From NCBI GenBank assembly GCA_000004985.1, contig GG738902.1: DNA of 64,000 nt; one strand, given 5' to 3'. The position numbers and the translations under genes were made by a program. The notes beneath the pieces were generated by a model. That model saw only the letters and a list, made by a program, of their open reading frames with translations, was not told where the DNA came from and made no database searches. Shown one piece after another: positions 21,314-32,103 of the stretch. Source of the DNA: Naegleria gruberi (lineage: Eukaryota). How positions within the stretch are numbered: position 1 is the stretch's first letter; each line of letters opens with the position of its first letter.

Positions 21314-22870
21314 TTATTTGACTGGGTTAAATTTGTAAAAAACTAATTTTGAAGGAGATTCTTGATCTAAACTAAAAGGTTCTTTGACATCACCATTGTA
21401 TGAGAAAAATCTCCAATTGCCTGTTTCTTCATTAAGTGGAGAAAAGTTGTTTGGAACTGGTTGACATTTTCTTCCCTTTCGAGATGGAGATCCTTTTGTC
21501 TTGCTTGCTTTAGTTATTTGCTTTCCAATCGATCCTGAAGAGCAAACAGAGTTCTTTCTCGATGCTTGAATGCATTTTCGATTCAAAGTTCCTGTTGGGA
21601 TAGTTTGCTTTCCAAATAGTGATCTCATTATTTCTATTTCAGCATCTGAGAGATCTAGCTTGAGATTTAGTGGTTTTCTATATTGCTCGCTTGTCAATTG
21701 TGAACTATCATAATATACAAATTGTTGTGTAGTTAACTGGCTATTGTAAACATCTTCGCTTATTGCATTTCCAAATACTTGTTGAAATCTTGATTGCAGA
21801 AGAGATGAATAGTACTCTACGATTTGTTGCTTTTCAAGCAAGTTATTATTCGAATATTCTAATGGAGTGATCAATTCAGAGGTTTGCATTTCAGAGAGTG
21901 AAGATATGCCATACATGGAGAAAATATTTGGACTTTCATCAGCTGTAGTTGATTGATGAGAATTAGATTGAAATAGATCTGAAATTGTTGCATCTTTCAA
22001 CGAAATATTGCTGTTTTTGATATGGTTACTTCCTTGATCATCGTGCATGAAATCCTTAAACATTGAGGGAGATATTGCTTTAATAAGGGGAGCTGAATTT
22101 TTGGTTTCAAAATCCATGCAAGACCATGTTTGATCATTGAATGATTTCAGGAGAGAATCACTATCATTATGGATGTTATTGTTCACTTCTTGACATGTGG
22201 AAGAGGATGACGGTATTGGATAGAGCATATTAAACTCGTCTTCAAGAATATGATGATTCGAATTGAATGAATCGACAACGGAATGTGATTCGGAAGGATG
22301 CATCTTGTTTGCCATCTTGTTAGTGGAGGGAGTTGAATATTGTACATGTGGAAATGTTGATTGAAGAGTGGAGGAATTTGATGCGTTATTAGTGAGGTTA
22401 TCAAGGAGAAGGCTGACTGGAGATGGTTGATTAAGGTTCATCAGATTGGAAAGGAGATTGGCAAGGTGTTGATTATTGGTTGATTCATCACTACTGGATG
22501 AGCTACTAAACGTTAGGGTGGATGCTGAAGGATGCAATGAGGAAGTGGTAGTTGCTGATTCCATCATTAACATTGAAGGATTCATCATATTGTTGTTGGA
22601 TTCGTTGAATGATGATGTTGAGGATGCTGAAGGAAGATGATAGAGACTGAGCATGTTATTATTATTAGTGGGGTTCAAGGACGTTTTGGTAACTGATGTT
22701 GTTGTTGGAGTATAGATAGTTTGAGTGTTTGGAAGATTGTTATTAAGGCCCGATAATGTTTGTGATAATGATGAATGTTGTGCTTTCTTACTTGTTGACA
22801 ATTGGTGTTGCGATGATGATGATGATGATTGAATGATTGGTTGAGGGTGTTGATGATGATTAAGATTCAT
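21314..22870 (-). CDS. Low-complexity S/N/T/Q-rich protein (518 aa) with a short conserved basic/Cys-containing C-terminal region
   Basis: ATG start. The composition is dominated by Ser/Asn/Thr homopolymer runs, typical of dictyostelid proteins. No domain could be assigned. Confidence 0.4.
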   Translation of the reverse strand: MNLNHHQHPQPIIQSSSSSSQHQLSTSKKAQHSSLSQTLSGLNNNLPNTQTIYTPTTTSVTKTSLNPTNNNNMLSLYHLPSASSTSSFNESNNNMMNPSMLMMESATTTSSLHPSASTLTFSSSSSSDESTNNQHLANLLSNLMNLNQPSPVSLLLDNLTNNASNSSTLQSTFPHVQYSTPSTNKMANKMHPSESHSVVDSFNSNHHILEDEFNMLYPIPSSSSTCQEVNNNIHNDSDSLLKSFNDQTWSCMDFETKNSAPLIKAISPSMFKDFMHDDQGSNHIKNSNISLKDATISDLFQSNSHQSTTADESPNIFSMYGISSLSEMQTSELITPLEYSNNNLLEKQQIVEYYSSLLQSRFQQVFGNAISEDVYNSQLTTQQFVYYDSSQLTSEQYRKPLNLKLDLSDAEIEIMRSLFGKQTIPTGTLNRKCIQASRKNSVCSSGSIGKQITKASKTKGSPSRKGRKCQPVPNNFSPLNEETGNWRFFSYNGDVKEPFSLDQESPSKLVFYKFNPVK

Positions 22871-23293
22871 CTCGCAGCAGAGAAACTATTAAAGGGTATC
22901 AAATAGCTGACTATTTCATAAACAATGTTTGCTTGTTTTTTTTGTGTTTGTTATTTCTAAGGTCAAATCTGTTGGGCGTTTAATTGAAAGGTTTGCAAGT
23001 CATAGAGAATCCCACGAGGATTCTTTGCCTTAATAAGCTGAAAAGTCACATGGCAACGAAGAGCTCTTCATCACCTTATTTGAAAAATTGCCAGATCCTT
23101 GAGAAGACCACAGAATTTCAAATAAGGATATTCGATATTGAGCTGTAGGAGAAATGTTGAATAAAGCAATGAGAATCCTAGGTTTTTAATCAGTTTGGCT
23201 TTTCGTTGTGGCTGAACAGACAGAAACCAACAGTCATTAAGGCGTTTTGGAAAATAACTTTGAAAGGAATAAACTCTTCGTGAACATAAGGAG

Positions 23294-24496
23294 TTAGAAA
23301 ATGTTGCGAGAGGCAATTTGTTGAGACCACCAGTAAAAGTTTCGGGCACTGGTTATTTCTTGAGGAGAGTTCATTCTAATCTTACGTTCGCCGCCACTTT
23401 GGCAGTACAGGACTCCATGATAGAGATCTAGCAAATCGAGACATGAATTCTCCCTTAATAATTTGGTATTATATGATTGCATAATTGGCTGAACATTGGA
23501 TCGAATATGTTCAATTTCTAGTTTGGTAATTTTGTTATCTCGCTCGAAATATCTTGAAACATGTCCTTGACCATCAAATTCTTCAATAATGAAAACATCA
23601 TTGATCTTTTCCCATAAATCACTTCTAGAGGAATTGATTGTGATTTCATGACCCTCACTTGTCTTACAGGTAAGGTCAGATTGAGTCAAGTCCTTATCAA
23701 CACTCTCCTTTTGTTGTTTCCACATTTGTTTGATAACCTTCTTAAAGATTGCTTCATTATTAACACTGAAAAAGACAGTTTCATAAACAGCACTCTTAAC
23801 TTCAGGCTCTTGATCTTGTGAAGTCATGCACTCTTCATATTCTTTGATTTGTGCCTTCATTCCATCAATAATATTATCAATATTTTGAGATTCCAATCCA
23901 GCAGCTTCTGATTTAATAATGGAAAGTCTTGATTCCAAACTAGACAAAGTTCTCTTTACAAATTCCAAATATTTATGTCTGTTAATAACTACACGAATGG
24001 ATTGGGCTTTTTTATCTTGTCCATAACTGGCTTGCATTGATAACATGGACTCCGTATTCCACAAAGGAAAGTTAATCTCTTCAATAAAATCCAAACAAAG
24101 TGGCAAGATGGCATTGGCTCTAATTGAGCAAGTAGGAAAGGCGCTTTCATAATTTGAATTAATAAATAAACATGGTGTTTTAAAGAGTTCTGCACTTTCC
24201 GAATCAAAATTATCCAAATCCAATAATTCAACAGTAGCTTGTTGAGCATTTACAACAGGCATATCGAGAGAATAGGTTTGTTTAACATATCTCTGATGGG
24301 AATTGGATTGCAGGTGTCGGAATGACATTTTGTTATGGAATTGGTCATCAAGAGGTTGAATCATCATGGATTTAATACATTGGTGATAATTTAATGTTTT
24401 GATGGATCCAAAAACTGTCAATGGAGTGTAATTTCTTCTAGAAATTCTAGGGAGAATAGTTGAGAGTGATGAATGGTTTGTTGCGAGTTTTCTCAT
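23294..24496 (-). CDS. Hypothetical 400-aa protein, with an N-terminus resembling a mitochondrial targeting peptide
   Basis: ATG start. The N-terminus MRKLATNHSSLSTILPRISRRNYTPLTVF is basic and hydroxylated. Confidence 0.35.
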   Translation of the reverse strand: MRKLATNHSSLSTILPRISRRNYTPLTVFGSIKTLNYHQCIKSMMIQPLDDQFHNKMSFRHLQSNSHQRYVKQTYSLDMPVVNAQQATVELLDLDNFDSESAELFKTPCLFINSNYESAFPTCSIRANAILPLCLDFIEEINFPLWNTESMLSMQASYGQDKKAQSIRVVINRHKYLEFVKRTLSSLESRLSIIKSEAAGLESQNIDNIIDGMKAQIKEYEECMTSQDQEPEVKSAVYETVFFSVNNEAIFKKVIKQMWKQQKESVDKDLTQSDLTCKTSEGHEITINSSRSDLWEKINDVFIIEEFDGQGHVSRYFERDNKITKLEIEHIRSNVQPIMQSYNTKLLRENSCLDLLDLYHGVLYCQSGGERKIRMNSPQEITSARNFYWWSQQIASRNIF

Positions 24497-24539
24497 TTTT
24501 TTAATTTAATTATATTTAAATATTAAATGGATAACTTAA

Positions 24540-26231
24540 TTATGGAGTAATATTTTGCAAATAGAATGGATTGACAGTTGACCTTTGTTTTTTGTTTTCT
24601 GGGAGTGTTGGTGTTGAGGGAGTTGATGTGTTTAAGATATTTGTATCGTTTCTTTTGTGTTTCCTTCTACAGTAAAAATCTTTTGCTGCTTGTTGGATTT
24701 CAGGATGATTCTTGAAGGTTGTGGCATATCCAATAGTGATTGGATCTTGAGAAACAGCACATAATACAATATCTATTGTTTTTTCTAAAGCATATTCTAG
24801 AAGGTGGGGATTTCTCTTCAAGCATTCTTTGAGTAGGTCTATATATCCATCAAATTTGTTTGTAACATGCATGATGGCGCAAGCTGTTTCATCTGTTGCT
24901 ATCTTTACAAAATCCTTGTTCCATTTCAAGTGTTCAGCAGCATACTGTAGTAATAGCCCATCTTTTCGAATATACTTTTCCATAAATTCAGTCTTACTTG
25001 TTAAATCAGAATGAACATATTTCAAAAGGTGTACATCTTTTTCCAAAACCATTTCAACGAACTCTTGCTCTTTTCTAAGAGTTTCATGAGCAAACTTGAA
25101 AGCAATTGGATTGATCTCAATTAATTTCTGCATAAAATTCTTGTTATTTGCTAAGGAAAAGGAGTTATACTCTAACGCAAATTCTGGTCTAATTGTAAAG
25201 GCCATGATTGTAAAGCTCTTGAGAATCTCAGTAATATTTAAAGGTATCTCTTTTGAAGATTCTTCTTGAATTTTGTTGATTAATTCTTTCAGTTCGTTTT
25301 GATATTTCCAATTTTCTCCGTGGGAATAAAGTTCCAATAAGCAATCCCCAAAATTTTTCAAATCTTCAGCAAATGCTTGATTTTGAATTTTTGATTTGGT
25401 GAGGGTTTCTTTTGATTTAATTAAGGAGGTCAAAGACGCAGCATATTCCAGATCAATTAGAATTGGATCGTAAATTACATCGTACCCTCTTATAACTTTC
25501 GATCCAATCAGAAAGTTACTTAGCTTCAAATCATAATGTACATGCTCCATTTGCTGTAAATATTCTATAATGGAGGCCATTCTCATTGCAATTATCAAAA
25601 AGGATATTTCACTTAATGGCTTTGGAATATTTGACAAGTCACCATTTGGATAGAAAACCATATGATAACCCATGTAGGATTGAAAATCCTTATCATATGC
25701 ATCCATAAACTCAATGGCACGTTCATAACTAATAATGTTTGAGCAATTTTCTAACAACATTACTTTCTCAACCTCTCTCTTGACCTCCTTTTTCGGACCT
25801 TTGGTAATCTTTATCACTACTTTTTTTCCTTTCCATAGGGCTGTGTATAAGTGACTTCTTTGACCCTTTCCATATGACTTTAAATCTCCGTATCCTAATA
25901 TCTGTAAATAATTTAATATGAATCTCGTTTCATAATCAAAGAAAATCTTTTTCTGTTGTTTTGTGGTGTCAAAGTATTGCCACATCTCCTTCAAACAATC
26001 ATCATTCGCAATATTGACGATTTCTTTCTTGGAATCATCCAAATAGTAAAACCTGGCAATATAAGGATCTTGTTCGTCTAAAAGTTTTTCAAAATTTGTT
26101 TTAAATTCCATCAAGTTTAATTGTTTGAATTCCTTCGCACCAACAACTATGTGTGGTGTAGCATCATTAACAGACGTGAAGAAATACACTGTTTCATTGT
26201 CATAAACAGGGCTGTTACCATTTAGCAACAT
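24540..26231 (-). CDS. Protein-kinase-like (probably pseudokinase) protein with C-terminal DUF4116-type alpha-helical repeats
   Basis: The glycine loop is degenerate (GYGDLKSYGKG) and is followed by VVIKITKG. The catalytic loop reads HYDLKLSNFLIG in place of HRDLKxxN. DFG is replaced by IDLEYA. The C-terminal part has 4-5 repeats of the ~25-aa unit ...LLxYAxExLKxNxxFV.... Confidence 0.5.
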   Translation of the reverse strand: MLLNGNSPVYDNETVYFFTSVNDATPHIVVGAKEFKQLNLMEFKTNFEKLLDEQDPYIARFYYLDDSKKEIVNIANDDCLKEMWQYFDTTKQQKKIFFDYETRFILNYLQILGYGDLKSYGKGQRSHLYTALWKGKKVVIKITKGPKKEVKREVEKVMLLENCSNIISYERAIEFMDAYDKDFQSYMGYHMVFYPNGDLSNIPKPLSEISFLIIAMRMASIIEYLQQMEHVHYDLKLSNFLIGSKVIRGYDVIYDPILIDLEYAASLTSLIKSKETLTKSKIQNQAFAEDLKNFGDCLLELYSHGENWKYQNELKELINKIQEESSKEIPLNITEILKSFTIMAFTIRPEFALEYNSFSLANNKNFMQKLIEINPIAFKFAHETLRKEQEFVEMVLEKDVHLLKYVHSDLTSKTEFMEKYIRKDGLLLQYAAEHLKWNKDFVKIATDETACAIMHVTNKFDGYIDLLKECLKRNPHLLEYALEKTIDIVLCAVSQDPITIGYATTFKNHPEIQQAAKDFYCRRKHKRNDTNILNTSTPSTPTLPENKKQRSTVNPFYLQNITP

Positions 26232-26780
26232 TTTTTCTCTAAACCTCTAAAAAGGCTGATCACGTTCTAGTCATAATCATTCCGAAAAACTGATGGTTGA
26301 TCAGATGATTAAGATATGGAAGGATTAATTTTTGTTAAATTTTTTTTAAGAAATTCAAATTGAAAGACATATTATAAATTTGAGGCAACAAATTGTTTTA
26401 AATTAATTGAGAATAGGATTTATTTGTAAAATTGTAGGCTAATCCTTTGATTTCACCAAATCTTAGAATTTCACAACACTTCCTTTACTGTTTTGGTTGT
26501 TATAGAATTTGTATTTCGAAAGCATTAAATTGAAACAAACTGAAAGCTCAAAACATTCCACTCATCTATGTACTCACCGTTTCAATTTAATGCAAACACA
26601 AACAATTGACTGCTTTTATGTTGTTTTATTAAATTGTTTGAATAGGAATCTTTCAGCTTGCACTAATAACATGAAATCATCAAGTTATTTTGTTGGTTAT
26701 TTAAAAGAATCTCACGGAGGACAATATACCACTCCGAATCATCATCATCAACACAAAAAAATAACATTCAACACCTTGTG

Positions 26781-27593
26781 ATGCTCTCAAAGAAATTTCT
26801 TCTTCTATTAGTGCTAAATCTTCTTTCAATTGCTGCTTTACATGTTAATGCTGCAGGTAGTCAAGCTTTTTGCATTCACACACTTTCGGATGGAAGAACA
26901 ATTGACTTGAATAGAGCAACCAAATCATCAGCCGATTATTTCCTCTACGATAAGGATACCAATTATTACTTTTATATGAATATTTGCAAGGATGCACTCA
27001 AGAGTTGTGATGGACAAAGTTACGGAGGAGTTGCCTATACGAAAGATCCAGGAGCTGAGAGTGAATTTTGTGCAACCTACATGAGTGGATCAACCAGTGA
27101 ACAGAATTATCAAATTTCACTTATAAACTCACAGAAACCTGAATTGGGAGTTGTTTTAGTTGTGAGAGGAGGTGAAAAAGTCCTCACAAGAACACAACAA
27201 ATGAAAATTACAATGAATTGTGCAAAGAGTGTTGGAGATTTGAAATTTGTTCAGGAAAACTTTGTGGACTCGAATATTGTTTTTGAATTTTCATTGGATA
27301 CTCCAGCTGCTTGCATTGTAACTGATGATAATAATTTGGGAGGATTGGGATATTTGGGTTTAGCTCTCTTGTTGATAATTATTATCATGATTCTCTATTT
27401 TGCAATTGGATACATTGTAAATTGTCTTGCTTTGAATAAGGAAGGTGGTTGGTCCTATACTCAACTTCCTCAATTCAAATATTGGAAATTACTATTCCAA
27501 TTGGCTTGGGAAGGATGTTTATTTATCAAGGAAGGAATTCAAAGTTTAATTTTCAAATTTATTTTGAGAAGAGCAATTTATGATCAAATATAA
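26781..27593 (+). CDS. Type-I membrane protein with an MRH (mannose-6-phosphate receptor homology)-like luminal domain, a single TM and a YTQL sorting-like tail
   Basis: A signal peptide, Cys spacing with the Y-x-Y-x-x-N-I-C pattern, one TM segment (GLALLLIIIIMILYFAIGYIV), and a cytosolic Y-x-x-hydrophobic motif. Confidence 0.4.
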   Translation: MLSKKFLLLLVLNLLSIAALHVNAAGSQAFCIHTLSDGRTIDLNRATKSSADYFLYDKDTNYYFYMNICKDALKSCDGQSYGGVAYTKDPGAESEFCATYMSGSTSEQNYQISLINSQKPELGVVLVVRGGEKVLTRTQQMKITMNCAKSVGDLKFVQENFVDSNIVFEFSLDTPAACIVTDDNNLGGLGYLGLALLLIIIIMILYFAIGYIVNCLALNKEGGWSYTQLPQFKYWKLLFQLAWEGCLFIKEGIQSLIFKFILRRAIYDQI

Positions 27594-27646
27594 TTCTTTA
27601 TTTTCATTGTTTTCATTTAATATTCCGATATGACAAAGATGTTTAA

Positions 27647-28567
27647 ATGCCAAGCTGTCAAAGATCAAAAAAATGTTTCATGCAATGCTCCCACAGAACA
27701 ACAAACACCACACAACCACACCACAACAGGCAAGTAAATTATTTTCATTCCACTCTAATAATTAATCCAGATATTCCTTCGGATTGGGTATTAATTGGAG
27801 AGGGAGGTTTCGGAAAAGTTTACAAAGGTAAAAAGGATGGACAAGTTAAAGCTTTTAAAATTATTAACAACAAAGATGATGCACTCACTGAATTCACGAA
27901 TACTGCCACAGTTTCTGGTCATCATCATGTTGTCAAAATTTATAGTGCAACAATTATTACAAATCAATCTCTCTGTATTGAGATGGATTATTATGAGAAT
28001 GGTAGTTTGCATGATTATTTCATTAGAAAGAATAACAAACCTCCTTCTGCTAACATGATCAAGTCAATCATGACACAAGTACTTGATGCTCTCATGTACA
28101 TGAAACAAAATTTTAATATGGTCCACAGAGATATCAAACCAGGAAATATTTTGGTTAGGAGAATTGAAAATGATAGTATTGATATTTGTTTGGCAGATTT
28201 TGGAATGGCAAAGAATACTCCTGGTTTATCTGAGAATTCTTCATTGTCACGTGCTAAGGGAACTGAGGGATTTATTGCACCTGAAATATATAGGCCAATA
28301 TCTGAGCAACGTTACTCATTGGCATCTGACATTTTCGCTTTAGGTGCAACCTTATTTAAACTCATGACTCGAATTTCACTAAATGAGTTTCCTTATTTTC
28401 AATGGAGTCTGGATGAACCAACAAAAAGAAATCATTCATCAAAACTAGAAGAAATGATTTACAAAATGTTAAAAATCAACACCTCTACTCCACATGAATT
28501 AATCCAAAACATTTCGAAAATGTTCATTACAGATACAAAACTCGATTTTAATTGTGAAATACTTTAA
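27647..28567 (+). CDS. Ser/Thr protein kinase (306 aa)
   Basis: IGEGGFGKVYKG...VKAFK, HRDIKPGNILV, DFGMAK and APE motifs are all present. The last 8 codons plus the stop lie inside an inverted repeat arm. Confidence 0.7.
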   Translation: MPSCQRSKKCFMQCSHRTTNTTQPHHNRQVNYFHSTLIINPDIPSDWVLIGEGGFGKVYKGKKDGQVKAFKIINNKDDALTEFTNTATVSGHHHVVKIYSATIITNQSLCIEMDYYENGSLHDYFIRKNNKPPSANMIKSIMTQVLDALMYMKQNFNMVHRDIKPGNILVRRIENDSIDICLADFGMAKNTPGLSENSSLSRAKGTEGFIAPEIYRPISEQRYSLASDIFALGATLFKLMTRISLNEFPYFQWSLDEPTKRNHSSKLEEMIYKMLKINTSTPHELIQNISKMFITDTKLDFNCEIL

Positions 28568-28939
28568 ATTTACAATATTAAATGAATGAAAATAAAGAAA
28601 ATAAAGAATTATATTTGATCATAAATTGTTCTTCTTAAAAGATTTTGTGTGTTGTGATTTGTTTCTTGTAAATGAAAGAATTTTAACAGTTATTGATTCA
28701 CAGAGCTGTTCTCACTACTAACATTGTAACTCAAACAAAAGAGCGTTAATTTACGAGCTAGACATTCAGGATCTTTTTCCTATCGTAATCTTTCGATTGG
28801 TTCGCTAACCTCACCTTTGGAGAGTTCACTTAATTCACTTGTTAACTTTTTAACTTGATTGAAATTGTAATTACATAGCTGATTAAGTCTGTGTTCTTTT
28901 GCAGCTCTTCCATAAAGTATTTCACAATTAAAATCGAGT
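28541..28939. repeat. Perfect 26-bp inverted repeat CTCGATTTTAATTGTGAAATACTTTA at 28541-28566 and 28914-28939, with a 347-bp spacer
   Basis: Exact reverse-complement identity was checked base by base. The left arm overlaps the kinase stop codon. The right arm is 68 bp upstream of the ATG at 29008. Confidence 0.7.
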
Positions 28940-29007
28940 TGGCAGAGATTTTTTATTATCAAATGTCAGCACGTCAAACTGCCAAAATTATAATCAAACG
29001 ATAAAAA

Positions 29008-30366
29008 ATGAATCACAAGCTGGTGGGCCAAGGGTCTTTGTCATCCAACAGGTTCTCATCCTCACCATCTAACCACAATCATCTCAACAAATTATTCCTT
29101 CTCCTCGTAACAATTTTCACAATTTTCTTTATTAATTTTTCCACATCGACCTTCATTCCACCGATCAATGAAATTCTTTCCGATCAAAAAGAATTTAACT
29201 CCTTGACTGGTTCTCCATCAAGTAGCCCCCCAGGTGCTAGCAATGTTGTAATTCTTCAATCACCTGGAGTTTACAATTATTCAGTTTATGATGATTTGGA
29301 TTTTTCATTCCATTTGCCTGCTTGTCCAGATTCATTGTACAGAAATAAGAATACTAATCAATTGGAATTAATTGTTCAATCACCATCTACTTTTTCATTA
29401 TTTATTGTTATTGCCTTTTCCTCACTTTTATTTGCTAGTATTGTTTTTAGTTCTTTCAATTCTGTTTTCTTACCTCATATTAGAAAGAGAATTAGAACAA
29501 GTTCAATTTCTAATAATTTGTGGATTGTTTACTTTGTTTTTGTTGGATTGAGAGCTGTTTTGAATGCAGTTCACTTTGGAAAACCAACAAGTTTGAGAAA
29601 GGACAGTAAATTCCTATATGCCATGACCATAGTAGGAATGATTCTTCATTCATTGACTGCCTACTTTTTAACACTTGCTTTGAATTATCAGAGAAAACAT
29701 AGAAGTGGATTTTCTGTGGAGGCAACAGGTAATAGTAGACTCTCCTCATTCCACCAACAAATTTACGAAGATAGAGAGGAAGAAAAATTACAATCAACAT
29801 TCCAGAGAAGAACTGCATGGATTAGGAAAATTGTGGTGAAGGGATTTTGGGTTATTTTCTCATTTGAATCATTGGCAACTATTTGTTTCACATTTTCATT
29901 GATTGCCATCTTTTTACGTGCCTTGAATGCCAACTCTGCTCAAAGTGGTGAGCTCTACAGATGGATTCAATTAGGAGCAATGCTCTTTCAAAGAATTCCA
30001 ATTATTATCATTTGCTTTTTAATTATCATGAGTGGATTCTTCTCAATTTTCAAGAAGAAATCTTCACAAGATCACAGAACAGGAGGTCCAACAATTTTCA
30101 CAAGAATTCTCATCTTTGTTGCCCTACTCTTAAATATTCCCAATGATCTTCCACTTTCGTATTGGAACTATTTCCTTTACGGATTGAGAGAGGATAGAAT
30201 TGTTCCTGGATGCATGTTCTATTTTGCAAGTATTTTCGATGCTGTCCTGTTGCTTTTCTTCTTTTCACTTGTCTTGTGGCTTTTTGTGATGATTATTGAG
30301 TTTAGAAGATATAGAAAGGAAACTGTTGAAGCAGCACTTTCTGATACCGTAGAGAATTTCGAATAA
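29008..30366 (+). CDS. Signal peptide plus seven-transmembrane receptor-like membrane protein
   Basis: 452 aa. An N-terminal signal/anchor, an S/P-rich luminal segment of about 90 aa, then 7 hydrophobic helices. Confidence 0.5.
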   Translation: MNHKLVGQGSLSSNRFSSSPSNHNHLNKLFLLLVTIFTIFFINFSTSTFIPPINEILSDQKEFNSLTGSPSSSPPGASNVVILQSPGVYNYSVYDDLDFSFHLPACPDSLYRNKNTNQLELIVQSPSTFSLFIVIAFSSLLFASIVFSSFNSVFLPHIRKRIRTSSISNNLWIVYFVFVGLRAVLNAVHFGKPTSLRKDSKFLYAMTIVGMILHSLTAYFLTLALNYQRKHRSGFSVEATGNSRLSSFHQQIYEDREEEKLQSTFQRRTAWIRKIVVKGFWVIFSFESLATICFTFSLIAIFLRALNANSAQSGELYRWIQLGAMLFQRIPIIIICFLIIMSGFFSIFKKKSSQDHRTGGPTIFTRILIFVALLLNIPNDLPLSYWNYFLYGLREDRIVPGCMFYFASIFDAVLLLFFFSLVLWLFVMIIEFRRYRKETVEAALSDTVENFE

Positions 30367-30612
30367 ACTTGTATGGTTTCAAAGTTCACATCCTTTTTGT
30401 TTCCTTTAGTTTCTACCACTTTCTAATACTAAGAATCCTTAGATGGAAACAAAAAGGAAGTAATCATCCCTTTAAATATTGTGCACAGATCTCTATTCCT
30501 TACCTCACTCATACAAAAACAAAACTCACCAGTCATGATTGTGCACCTGTCAAGAATCAATATACTTCAACGAACACCAAAAAAAATTAGCTCAAAATCA
30601 TCTTCCGCTATA

Positions 30613-32039
30613 ATGCCCCTCTTTTCCTCTGTATTCAATCATCATAATTCCAACAATCAAAATGATAATGATGAAGATGAAATTGCCTCGGCACTGATGA
30701 GAACAAAAATCAACACTCCTTCATCCTCACAACCATCAACTCCGTCAGAGAATGGCACATCGACCACTCCTAGAAAGGGTCAGTCACCTGCAACACCTAG
30801 AACACCAAGGGATAATGGTAAATTTGATATGGATAATAATATTGTGAGCTTGGCAAGAATATTTAATATTGAACTTTGTCATACGGAACATGATAATCAG
30901 AAATTTGAAAGAGATTTGATGAGAATGTTAAAGTAAGTTGTTTCTTACATATGGATGAAGTAAATATTTTGGAAATTAGGGTTATTTCAATCGTGGTTGT
31001 GAAAAAGAAACAAGTGGCTCTGAATAGTAGTTTAATTGGATATGATTCTGCAGTGGATTTGTTAGCTGTTAATGATCAACCAAATGAGTTTGAGGAAATT
31101 CAGTGGAAATCAACAGATAAGATCACTGTTCAACTCTTTGTTGATTTTATAAATGGAATTGGTAAATTATTTAATGGACATGATGAGAATATTGATTTAC
31201 CAACTTCATTTACGGAGGAACAATTCTTTGAAATGGTCGGAAGAAATAAGAGATCTGAAACTGATAATGATTTGGATGAAAATGAAATGAAAACAGTATT
31301 TAAAAAGCTCTATAGTGAAAAACATCCAGAAGTGATTAGATATTTGAGTGGAATAGCTCAATTGGTTGTAGTTTCAACTCTAGGCAAACTTGCATCTGGA
31401 ATTATTGCCACAAAAGCTCCACTTCAACCAAAGGATGTCAGAGGATCATGGACAGTTCAATTCAGAAGGTATGAGCAAGAGGCCGATGACGATGATTGTG
31501 CATTTGGAATTCTACATGAAAGAACTGATTGTATCATGAAGAAGGAAAGTGCAGCAATCATGAAACCAATGTACAATTTCAAATGGCAAGTTGAAATCAA
31601 ATTCAAAACTAGGGAAATTCTTGATGTTCAAGCAGTTCATGTGAGATTGGTGGGTATTGAATGGATTTGTGATCCATTATTGAAAGTACCTGAATCTGAA
31701 AAGGAAGAATTCATTGCCTCATGCAAAAAGTTTTTCTCTGTGGAAAAAGCTGCCCTGCCAAACCATCAACATGACAACTGTCCTCTCATTCCTTCTGGAA
31801 AAGCTCTTATCGAATGTGTTTGCCATGATGTTCTGTTAGCCCTCGTATCCTACACACCACCAACTCCATCAACACCATCCAGCCAAGCCATCTCAACCTC
31901 ATCACTTAAACCAAAAAAGAACAAACATGAATTGTCCTGGCTAAAGAAACTCCTTCTCAATTCAACCTCTGATTCTGATGAAATATTTGCAGCACTCTCC
32001 AAGAAGAGTTCTTCCAATATAGCAGAAATGAAACACTAA
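30613..32039 (+). CDS. Hypothetical protein with an S/T/P-rich N-terminus and a conserved C-terminal domain. Two exons: join(30613..30932,30980..32039).
   Basis: The donor is tta aa|GTAAGT (30933-30938) and the acceptor attAG (30978-30979), a 47-nt intron. The frame joins ...MRMLK|VISIVVVKKKQ.... The first ATG in frame is at 30613. Confidence 0.45.
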
Positions 32040-32103
32040 TTGTAAATATATTGAATTCAATTTTTAAATTCCAATAAATTCTTGTAAAAAAAATCAAAAA
32101 AAA

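Noticed and set aside
28780-28962. 60-aa ORF on the minus strand beginning inside the right inverted-repeat arm (encodes ...LDFNCEIL...)
   Set aside because: It exists only because the inverted repeat copies the kinase C-terminal codons. It has no start context or conservation, and it lies in the promoter of the downstream gene.
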